From the NCBI GenBank assembly GCA_963718295.1, contig CAVQYV010000008.1, forward strand, positions 11,442-75,441: DNA of 64,000 bases, read 5' to 3'. A model generated the notes under the pieces. It worked only from the letters and a program-made list of their open reading frames with translations. It did not search any database and was not told the origin of the DNA. The DNA comes from an uncultured Methylomirabilota bacterium. GTDB lineage: Bacteria; Methylomirabilota; Methylomirabilia; CAVQYV01. Positions 1 through 9,600 of this stretch are shown one piece after another. A program made the position numbers and the translations under genes. The first letter of the stretch is position 1. Each line of letters opens with the position of its first letter.

Positions 1-1353
1 CTACTCAGGGATCGGGACATCATACGGGAGCTGGACCTCACTGCGGGCCTCAAAGCCCTTTCGGTCAGGTTGACCACGGCTGATAAGAAGCGTGTAAGGG
101 TAAACGAGATATCGACGCCGAAGCCGGTGAGGGTGGTGATGGAGAAGGGGTTCAAGAAGATGAATCTCGGTGGTGCGGTTTCAGCCTCCATCCAAGAACT
201 CCCCTATCTCGGAAATCTGAAGGAACCCCTTCGGGTAGCCTTTGACGTTATCGGTCTAAAGGCTGACATGAACAGGAGTAAGGTTACGATCGACAAAGGA
301 GAGTTCCGATTCCTCGAAAGGAGCGTGATTTCATGGCACGGCTCGATGGAAAAGACCGACGCCGGGGCCATAGCGGATGTTACCGTAGGTCCCATATCCG
401 TCGACCTGGACGAGGTGTACCGGACGGCAAAGCCTTTTCTCCCTGAAGACGTCGGTCTCAATCTCCAGGGCCTGTCCCGGTCCCATGCGCTCACCATTGG
501 GACAATCAAGCTTTCCGGCCCTGTCCCCAAGGGTCCTTTAACGATCGCCCTCGACGATCTCACCTTGCGTGTCCCGATGGTGAACCTGAAACAGAAAGAG
601 ATGTCGGTCTCTTCCAGGGAATCTTCCCTTTCAGCAAAAGACCTGAGGGTGGTCCTGAAGGATCTCTTCCCGTCTCAGGCGACTGGTGCCATGACTCTCC
701 ATATCGATGACCTCCGGGTCGGGGGACCGAAGGGAGTCCCCTATCTCGGAAATCTGAAGGAACCCCTTCGGGTAGCCTTTGACGTTTCCGGAGGTGGGGA
801 CATGCTGAAGACATTCACCATCACACAGTCGTTGCGGGTGTCTCCACTCAACCTAAAACAGGAGGCCCGCGTCTCGGTCTCGGGGCTCGACAAACTCATG
901 AGCAAGGGCCAAAACCGGCCTTTGGCGGAGCTTCTCGAATTTATGGGTGGGAAGGCCAAATTCTCACTCGACATAGACAACACGGATGTTTCGTTCGTAG
1001 CAAAGGACGCCGCTGTGGCGGGGAAGATCGCAATCGGTGCGGATATTGACCTCCTTCCCCGTCGTGAGATCGGTCTGAGAGGGTGGATGCAGGCTCCGGG
1101 TTTGGATCTGACGTACGGGAAAATTGTGGACATAAAGAATCTCAAAAGCAGCCTCGCCGTGGCAAAACGGTATCGCCTCTCCATAAAGGAGGAGGGAGGC
1201 CCCACCGGTCCTCCTTCGGCCTTACCTTTCCGTCCAGGTGCTCAAGCCATCGGCGGAGGCGCCGCGCCGGACCGGAACCGAAGGCCCGGTGGTGGACAGG
1301 CTCATGAGCGATATCAGGGCGAAGGGAGGAGACCGAAGGACGTTCTCCGCTGA
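1..1353 (+). CDS. large envelope protein, 5' end outside window; possibly YdbH/AsmA-like (first reading-frame segment)
   Basis: Frame 1 is open from base 1, with no stop before the ORF-track start at 70. No catalytic motif recognised. The assignment rests on synteny with the DUF1318/YdbL-like gene at 2048. The last ~50 codons (GGPTGPPSALPFRPGAQAIGGGAAPDRNRRPGGG...) look out of frame. Confidence 0.35.
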   Translation, partial: LLRDRDIIRELDLTAGLKALSVRLTTADKKRVRVNEISTPKPVRVVMEKGFKKMNLGGAVSASIQELPYLGNLKEPLRVAFDVIGLKADMNRSKVTIDKGEFRFLERSVISWHGSMEKTDAGAIADVTVGPISVDLDEVYRTAKPFLPEDVGLNLQGLSRSHALTIGTIKLSGPVPKGPLTIALDDLTLRVPMVNLKQKEMSVSSRESSLSAKDLRVVLKDLFPSQATGAMTLHIDDLRVGGPKGVPYLGNLKEPLRVAFDVSGGGDMLKTFTITQSLRVSPLNLKQEARVSVSGLDKLMSKGQNRPLAELLEFMGGKAKFSLDIDNTDVSFVAKDAAVAGKIAIGADIDLLPRREIGLRGWMQAPGLDLTYGKIVDIKNLKSSLAVAKRYRLSIKEEGGPTGPPSALPFRPGAQAIGGGAAPDRNRRPGGGQAHERYQGEGRRPKDVLR

Positions 1354-2032
1354 ATCCGTCCACATCGGTCTAAAGCCCCTTCCGATAGACATCACACACA
1401 CGGCCCTCGATTTCAGCCTCGAAGAGGGTCTTCCTTCGGTCGATTTTTTCCAGACCGACATTATGGGGGGTACGGTGCGGGGCTCCCTTTCGATCAAGCG
1501 AAGGAATGGCGTCTTCTTTGCCGATTTGAGATCCGCCTTCTCAGGGCTCAATGCACAGCGCTTGATCCCGGGGCCGCCGAGTGATATACGGAACGAAGAG
1601 GCCGAGGTGAGCGGTATGCTTTGGGTCGGGTTGCCCCTTTCGACATCCATAGACCGTCTCTTGCAGGACATGGAGTTCGAACTGGAGATCACCCGTATCG
1701 GTACGCGCGCACTGGAGAGGATGCTCTACGCCCTCGATCCTTATGAAAACAACGAGTCGATCGTCCGGCAGAGGAAGGTTCTCAGGATGGGCTCGGTCAG
1801 ATGGGTACGGGCGGGCCTGAAGGACGGCATGCTCTCCACCTCAGGACAAGTGGAGGTGAAAGGTGTGAAGTTGGATCTTCCCAGGCTTGAGCGGCTTAAT
1901 GTGGGGAGCCTGCCCGGCCTCGGCGGGTTCGAAGAGCGGCTCGCAGTCATCGGACCGGCCATCAAGATGCTCAACATCCTCTCCGCCAATACGATCGTGA
2001 TTGAAAAGGACGGAAAGATAAAACTGCTGTAA
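1238..2032 (+). CDS. second reading-frame segment of the same YdbH/AsmA-like gene (C-terminal part)
   Basis: Frame 2 is open from 1187 and overlaps the previous ORF by more than 100 nt. The sequence is protein-like (DRLMSDIRAKGG...LEEGLPSVDFFQTDIMGGTVRGSLSIKRRNG...). It ends 15 nt before the lipoprotein gene. Confidence 0.4.
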   Translation: MLKPSAEAPRRTGTEGPVVDRLMSDIRAKGGDRRTFSAESVHIGLKPLPIDITHTALDFSLEEGLPSVDFFQTDIMGGTVRGSLSIKRRNGVFFADLRSAFSGLNAQRLIPGPPSDIRNEEAEVSGMLWVGLPLSTSIDRLLQDMEFELEITRIGTRALERMLYALDPYENNESIVRQRKVLRMGSVRWVRAGLKDGMLSTSGQVEVKGVKLDLPRLERLNVGSLPGLGGFEERLAVIGPAIKMLNILSANTIVIEKDGKIKLL

Positions 2033-2047
2033 CGGAGACGAAGGCCT

Positions 2048-2635
2048 ATGAAGAACGCTTTGTTGTTGCTCATGGTAGCTGCCCTCTGTGCTGGCTGCAC
2101 GCTCGCGCGGGTGAAAGTCGATGTGGTGAGCGAGCGGACCTCCCTTGAAAACCAGGTGCTCGGCACTTACAACGCCCTCGATCGAGAAATGCTTCTTGTG
2201 GCCTCCGTTCGCGGTGTCGATACCGAAGGACACGTTCAAACCCCGCCCAGACAGAGTCGGGAACAGCAAGATGTCCTTCTGGCGATGCAGGTCTTGTCCT
2301 TTCATGAGGACGACCTCCAGGCCTTCAAGCAGCTCGGTTGGGTGGGCGAGAATAAAGAAGGGCTTCTCACCGTCTTTCCCATGACGAAAGAAAAGGTGCC
2401 CCAGGAATTGAAGGAATTCGCCGAACGCTATAAGGAGGAAGAGTTCGGATCGGTTGTCGGAAAGATCAACTCGGCCAGGGAGGTCGTGATGCAGAGGGTG
2501 ATCGCGCTAAACGAGAACTTCACAGAGGCCGACCTCCCGGCGGTCCGCGGCGTCTTTGCAAAGCTTAACGCCGAAAACGCCAGGTCAGGGGAGAAATACC
2601 AGGCCGAAGACGGAACATGGAAGGTTAAGCCCTGA
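2048..2635 (+). CDS. lipoprotein with C-terminal DUF1318/YdbL-like domain
   Basis: Lipobox LLLMVAALCAGC. The C-terminal half aligns by eye with E. coli YdbL (GWVGENKEGLL vs GRVGETFYGYL; SGEKYQAEDGTWKVK vs PGEYVQGINGKWVRK). The stop overlaps the next start (TGATG). Confidence 0.7.
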   Translation: MKNALLLLMVAALCAGCTLARVKVDVVSERTSLENQVLGTYNALDREMLLVASVRGVDTEGHVQTPPRQSREQQDVLLAMQVLSFHEDDLQAFKQLGWVGENKEGLLTVFPMTKEKVPQELKEFAERYKEEEFGSVVGKINSAREVVMQRVIALNENFTEADLPAVRGVFAKLNAENARSGEKYQAEDGTWKVKP

Positions 2636-3597
2636 TGGGCCACGAAAAAAGAATTCCATTTTTCATTGCATTGTTTCTCGTCTTCGCTCTTGATTCCCCG
2701 GTCTCTGCAAAAAAGGAAGGCCCCCTCCCCTTGCCCGTCAATAGCCCCATACAGGTCACCGCCGAAGCAGACTCCATTCTCTATGCCGATGTGTCGCGGG
2801 ACGGGAAGAAACTCATCTATACGACCGGGAGGGTTGAATTCACCGATCTCTATCTGCGCTCCGCCGACCCTTCGGTCGTGATCCTCCCAGTGCGACTCAC
2901 CGCCGACCCCGCCTCCGAGTCCGCACCCGCGTGCTCCCGAGATGGAAACCTCATTGCCTTTGTGGGCTCCGATTACGACGCGAAGGGAGACATTTACCTC
3001 GTGGATCTCAGCACAAAAGAGAAGGCGCCGAAGAGGCTTACTGGAAGGGAGACGGAAGATGGCGCCCCGGCTTTCTCGCCTGACGGAAAGAGGATCTATT
3101 TTCACCAATCGAGGCCTGGCGAGGAGGGAAGAAGGATGGTCGTCCTCGATCTCTCCTCAACTGACAAGGCACCGGAGGTCATCGACACCCGTGGGGACGC
3201 ATCGTTTCCAGCGGTCTCTCCAGACGGGACCAAGATCGCATTCGTCTCCCACAGAAGCGATCCCAACGGCGACATCTTTTATCTCGACACAAAAGGCGGC
3301 AAGGTCGTCCAACTCACCAAAGCAGCTGAGATCGACCTCCATCCCGCCTGGGCTCCAGACGGCAGGTACGTCTATTTCACCAGGTTCGGCCTCGATACCG
3401 ACCGCGACGGAAAGATCGCACCCAAGGATAACGCCTCCATCTTCCGCGTCGCGGTTGACGAGGACAATCCTACTGCCTATCCCGTGACCTCCGCTGCCTA
3501 TTCCTGCTTTCAGCCGAAGGTCGCGGCAGGTCGGCTCTTCTTTCTCATCCACCAGGGGAGGCGTCAGCAACCTCTGGTCCCTGCCTGCCGAAGGTGA
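2635..3597 (+). CDS. signal peptide + TolB-like PD40 beta-propeller (N-terminal segment of the giant TPR-CHAT protein)
   Basis: Signal peptide MGHEKRIPFFIALFLVFALDSPVSA. Repeated PD40-type blades (SRDGKKLIY, SRDGNLIAF, SPDGKRIYF, SPDGTKIAF, APDGRYVYF). The ORF tail after ...GRLFF looks out of frame. Confidence 0.8.
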   Translation: MGHEKRIPFFIALFLVFALDSPVSAKKEGPLPLPVNSPIQVTAEADSILYADVSRDGKKLIYTTGRVEFTDLYLRSADPSVVILPVRLTADPASESAPACSRDGNLIAFVGSDYDAKGDIYLVDLSTKEKAPKRLTGRETEDGAPAFSPDGKRIYFHQSRPGEEGRRMVVLDLSSTDKAPEVIDTRGDASFPAVSPDGTKIAFVSHRSDPNGDIFYLDTKGGKVVQLTKAAEIDLHPAWAPDGRYVYFTRFGLDTDRDGKIAPKDNASIFRVAVDEDNPTAYPVTSAAYSCFQPKVAAGRLFFLIHQGRRQQPLVPACRR

Positions 3598-3628
3598 GAT
3601 CCCGACCCGCCTAAGCGCGGCCGAACAG

Positions 3629-6600
3629 TTGGAGCTGGCGGATGGGATCGCAAACAAGGTGCCGCCCGATCCCTATCTCTGCCTTCTCGCCTACTACCGC
3701 GTCCTGGAAGCCTTCTCTTCGGAAGAACCCTTTGCCGGGAGGGCCGCTTATGAAACGGGAAGGCTCTATGTAAAGGTCGACATGCCAGAAGCAGCGGAGG
3801 CCGCTTTCAGGGTGTCGAGTACGGCCCACGGCCGGACGCTTCCGGAGGCCGCCCTCTCGGAAATTGAAACGGTTGTGATCGAGGCGAAGGGGAGATACGC
3901 TTCCGCTGAGACCTCCGCTCTGAAAGAGGAAGCCCTGAACAAGGGACTCACCGCCATCGATGGGATCGCTTCGCGACACCAGGGACTGCCGAAGGTCCAG
4001 GCACGGGCTGGCGTCGAGAAGGCGAAGCTTCTCCTGGTATTGAGCCAGAATCCTCCGTCGATTTTGAAGGCGATAGGATTCCTCGACCGAGTCATCGCCG
4101 AGTACAAGAACGAGAGGATCGAAGCGGCTGAAGCGCTGGTCCTCCGGGCCGACGCTTACGGCCAAGTGGGAATATCCGAACAGGTCTATCCCGAATACAT
4201 CAAGGTGATCGACGACTATCCCGATATCGAGGAATGGGCAGACAGGGCCGTCGAACGCATTCTCGAAAAGATCCTGAAGGAATCCAAAAAGGGCAGGCTG
4301 GAGTACCAGGCCGAGGTCCTCCGGGGGATTGCCGAGAAGAACCGTTCCTCCCATCCGAGACTTGCCATGGGCGCGCTCAACCGGGTGGGAGATCTCTTCT
4401 ACCGGGGGGACGAGTGGGAGGGGGCCAAGGCAGCATACCGGCAGGTGCTGGTTCAGTACCCGGTGGAGACAACCCAGACGGCTGCTGCAAGGCTCGCGCT
4501 GGCCGAGATCCTCTATAGGCAAGAGCGCTTCCGCGAGGCGATCGACCTCTATGAAAGGGAGCTTGCTCTGCGGTCCTACCAGGATCCTATTTACCTCCTC
4601 GCACGGGCCGGCTACATCCGAAAGTCCGTCGACTCAGGGGAGTTCCTCTATCGCATCGGAGAGGTGGCTTCGGCACGGAAGATCTTCAAGGAGCTGATCG
4701 ATTACGATGGGTCAATCATCGAGGCCCACCGGGGCTATATCAAGTGCGCGGCAGCGCAGAAAGAGGTCCTCCCTCTCCTCGCGTCGTACAGAGACCGGCT
4801 AAAGCAGAGGCCCGACGATCCCGTGGCCAATTACACCCTGGGCCTTGGCCTCACCTATCTTGAAGACAGGTCCTCGCTCGTGGAGGCGAAGCCCCTCATC
4901 CTCAAGGCGATCAGCATCTACGGACAGTCCGAATTTTTCCACCAGACCCTCGGTTACATTTTTGAGGTTCTGGAAACGGTTTATGGAGAAATGGGGAACC
5001 TTGAGTACGCGATCGAATCCTACCAGAAGGCCTTTTTCCTGAATGACCCGAGGAATAACCCAACGAATCACGCCAATCTGCTCCTCAATCTCGGGAACGT
5101 TTATCATCTTCTCGGACAGCACCAAAGAGCCTACCAGTTCTACCGGAGGCGTTTGGAGTCCCCTATTCCCTTCGACAATGAGGAGACGGAGATCCTCTTT
5201 TACCGCCGTTTCGGTGCGTCGGCATTTCAGGTTCGGAAACCGGCCGAGACGATCGAGGCTTACAAAAAAGCGCTCTCCCTCATGGAGAACCGCGTGAGGC
5301 CGAAACAGGCCTCGGATGCCTTTGACAGGATCTCAAAATACATCAAGGACAACTTCCTCATGCCGGCATCGAAGGTTGAAGCGCTGAAGAAAAAGGCCGA
5401 TGAAGTCGGTGAAAGACAGGCATCCATAAACCGTAGGCTCTTCAAACTAAGCCAGGCCGATCTGGCGTCGATCCGCGATCCCGGCTGGGAAGAATACCGG
5501 AGGGGCATGGAAGCGCTTCTCGCAGAGGAAAAGGCCCTCTTCCCCGCCATCACGTCCCTGGGCGAGGCGACGGCTATGCAGGCACCTGAGAGGGAGAAGG
5601 CAGTGCAGGATCTTAACTTCATGGCCCTGAAGGTATCGGACGCCTTGCGTTCTCCGGTCCGGTTCGCCGAACTTCAGGCTGAGATGTTCGACCGCCTCGG
5701 TCTCGCCTATCAGGAGGCGGGTGAATGGAAAAACGCGATAGAGACGTTCGAGAAGGTCTACGGCCTCAATCAGGCACTCGGACTCACCGTTAACCTGGCG
5801 AGGAACAGACGCTCGGCTGCATACAATCGCTACCTGCTTGCGGGGCAGCTCTCGGGAGACGAGCGTGTCGCTCAGCTCAGGAAGGCCTCCGAGGAATTCC
5901 AGGAGGCGCTCTCCCTCGTCCAAAAATATGGCGTGGTGAAGAAAGGAGAGGAGAGGGATAAGGCCCTGATCAGCGTTGCCCTCCAGGTCTCACTCGACAC
6001 GGCCGCCGCCACAGAGGCTGCCTATGGCTTTTCCAAGGAGCAGGAGGAGCGGCTGGCCGAAGCCTTCATCACGCGCATCCTGACCGAACTGGGCGAGCTG
6101 GACCCCGCTCTGGAGATGACCCAAAAACAGCTCGGACGCTATCCGCCGGACAAAAGCATCGCCGAAAGAGATGTCTACGGAGTATCGCTCCTCTACCACA
6201 GGGCGGGCCATCTCTTCGCTGCCGAGGAAAGACCGGCCGATGCCTTTGACGCCTTCGGCCGCTCAGCTGAACTTGCCCATCGGATGGGAAATCCCGTGAA
6301 CGCCGCAATCAACACGATGAATATGGCCCATGTCCTCGCTGCCATGCCCGAAGCCGATCCTGTCTTTGACACATTACGGCAGCGCCTTTACCAAGCGGAT
6401 GAAAAGACCACTGGTCTCGTTTCCGGCGATAAAGCAATCGAGGGCTTGGCCATCCTCCCATATTACCATAACATCATGGGAGTCTACCTCATCGCCCTAG
6501 CCCCGGCTGCTGGAAAGGCCGACGTCGTATCGGCATCGACGCGAATGGACGCACTCCGGCGTGCCCTAGCCCATTTCGATAGAGGGCTCCGCTTCTTTAA

Positions 6601-9600
6601 GGAGACGGGCTATGACAGAAAAATGCTCTCCCTTGAGGCCGCACTCCACCTGAACACGGCCGCCGCCGCGTCCATGATGGGCGATGCCACAGGCGCGGCC
6701 ACATGTTTCGAAAAGGCGCTGAAGGTCGCAATGGATGCGTTCCTTCCCGAGATCGAATGGAGGGCATTGAGCGGCCTCGGCCGGACCAAAGAGGCGCTCC
6801 ATACGCTTTCGGCCATGACGCTCATTCGCGCCGGGGCAGGGCCGGAGGAGATCCTCCCGGCCTTTTCAGGACTCGTTCAGGCGAAGATAGAGAATGGGAA
6901 GACCGAAGAAGCCTTCAACCTTGCGGAGCGTCTTTCCGAGCTTGACAGGGTGCAAAGGCTTGCGTCTTTCGTGATCGGAGAGATCCCGGAAAGGGAGAGG
7001 ACGCTTTATCGCGAAAGCTATCAAAGGGTCATTCGCATACAACAACTGAAGAAAGATATGGCTTCCGCAAAAGGTGAGGAAAGGGAGTATGTGAAACGCC
7101 GATTGGACCAGGAGACCGATCTTCTGTCGGAAAAATTGGGGAAGCAACGCGAGCGCATTCAGTATCTCAATGAGTTGGTGAAGGACCCGGGGTTTCAGGA
7201 TGAAGTGATGATCTTGATCGCGCTCGCGATGCGAGCCGAGGAGGTAGCCGACGCCGCGGTTGCGACCGATGACGAGGAACGAAAAAAGGTCCTCAGTCGC
7301 GAGCACGCAGACCTGAGTGATCAATACGGAAAGACCCTGAGCCGAATTCTGTCGAGAGGCGAGGAGGAAGACGCCCCCAACATGGCTCCTCTCTTCGGAC
7401 CGAAACCGGTCGAGGCCATCGATGTCATGGAAACCCTTTCGGAGGACGAAACCCTCTTCAGGCCTTTCAGGATGAGGGGCGATCCATCGGGATTCCTCGT
7501 CTTCAGGGTCACGAAGGAAGACCTGGAGGTTAAAAAAGTGTCTTCACTGGATCAGATCAGACTCCCCGAAAAAGGGAAAGCCACGATCGCCTATGAAGAT
7601 AGGACGGCACTTCCCGGTGGACTCAAGCCATCGGCCTGCGCCTTGAGCGCGACGCATCTCATCAGGTCAACCCAAAACAGAAAACCGTTCAAGAGAACGC
7701 TCCTCGCCGTATCCTATGAAGGTTCGATCCCACCCTCCTATGCCGTGAAGACCCTTCCATCTTCTGCCGTCGAAAAAGATATCCCCGACGCGATGACGGG
7801 ATCCCATCTCCTCCTTTTCGGCGGTTCCATCGCCCCTGCCCAGACCGTTCCGACGCGAGCAGCCGAGGTGCCCACTCGTTTCATCGGAATGGGATTTGAC
7901 CGAGGCAGAAGACTCAGCCTACGCATGCTCGCAGCTGGGCTCCGCGATGTCTCCCTTGCGCTTCTGCCCGGGCTCCACCGTGAGGGCGTCTACGCGGCTG
8001 GGCATCTCTTTTCGATCTTCGGCTGTCCTACGATGATCCTTCCAGAGCGGACCGGAAAGGACTCCAATTTCATCGGAAAATTTATGGAGGCCTACGAGAC
8101 CCAGGCGGCGGATGAGGCGCTAAAGAGCGCCCTTTCGCATACGACGGACTCATGGATGTTGCTTGGCTACCGGGGCATGGGTCCGGCCGAGGCGCGCAGG
8201 TTTGCCGAAGGGAATTTCGTGAAATACGTGAAAAAGGGACAGGTGGCCTTTGCGGCGAACGAGCCGGCCCGTGCCCTTTCGTACTTTGAGAACGCATTGG
8301 CCGTCGCGAAAGAGACCGATTCCCTCAAGACCCACCTCCCCAACCTCTATCGCTTAAGCCGTGAGTGTGCTTATAGGGCAGGTGACATGAGAAAGGCCGC
8401 TGAATATGCCTCGGCCCTTGTGGACTTGATCCAAAAGAAGGAACCCGATTCGAAGGACCATGCCGAGGCCCTGCTGAACTATGGCTTGGTGCTGTCGCGT
8501 CTCGAGCAATACGGGGTGGCGGCACCGCCTCTCGAGAAGTCTCTGGAGATCATGGCCAACCTCGAACTGGAGAGCGAACAGGTGAGCGCCCTCGCGAGTA
8601 CGGGCCTCGTATTCGAGAATGCCACCGAGTACGACCGGGCCCTCGTCCATTTCAGGTCAGCCCTCGATCTCAGCCTGAAGCTCGACAAGAGAGAGCTGAC
8701 CGCGCGTCAACACATGAATATCGGCCGCCTTTACGACCTCCGATTGAGCCGATACGCGGTGGCGAGGCAACACTACGAAAAGGCCCTCGGCCTCTACCTC
8801 GACCTGCGGGATGCGGCGGCCGCCGCACAGGCTCATCTCGACATAGGCCGCTGTTGCCGTCTGATGGGGAACTTCCCTGACGCCGAACTCCATTACCGTG
8901 AGGCGCTGAAGCTCGCCGGGGCGGCTTCGTCTGGGGACAGGCTGCGGGCGAAGATTGTCATCGAACAGGCCAACAACGCCTGGTTCCAGGCGCGATACCA
9001 GGAGGCCTTCGACCTACGGCAGGATGTCTACCAGGCGGCCGTGAAGGGCCAATGGCCCCTCGAGCAGGTGATCTCCCTGAACACATCTGGACTGATCTGG
9101 TGGACCCTGAACGAGAACGAACGCGCCTTGCGGGAGCTGAGGGAGGCCCTTTCCCTTGCGGGAAAGCTTGAGGTTCGGAGCGATGAGATTGCGACAACGC
9201 TCAATAACATCGGCGTCGTTTACCGGGAGATGGGGCGGTACGATGAGGCGCTAAAGACCTTCGACGAAGCCCTTGCGATAGACAAAAAACTGAAGTCCCG
9301 CTGGGCCATCGCTTACGACCTGCGCAATACGGCCCTGACCTATCTCCGGATGACACGTCCCGATCAGGCCTTACCGCTCCTGGAGGAAGCGGCGGCGGAG
9401 TCGCACGACATCGGTGACCGTGTCAACGAGGCCAAGTCTCTCCTGGGCCTCGGTGAGGCCCACTCCTTGGCGGGCAATGTTCCGAAGGCAAGGGAGGCCT
9501 TCGAGAGGGCACTGACCCTCTCCCACTCTATGGCGATACGCGAGACCGAGTGGCGGGCGCTCTACGGGCTCGGCAGACTTGCGCTTCGGGAAGACAAGAA

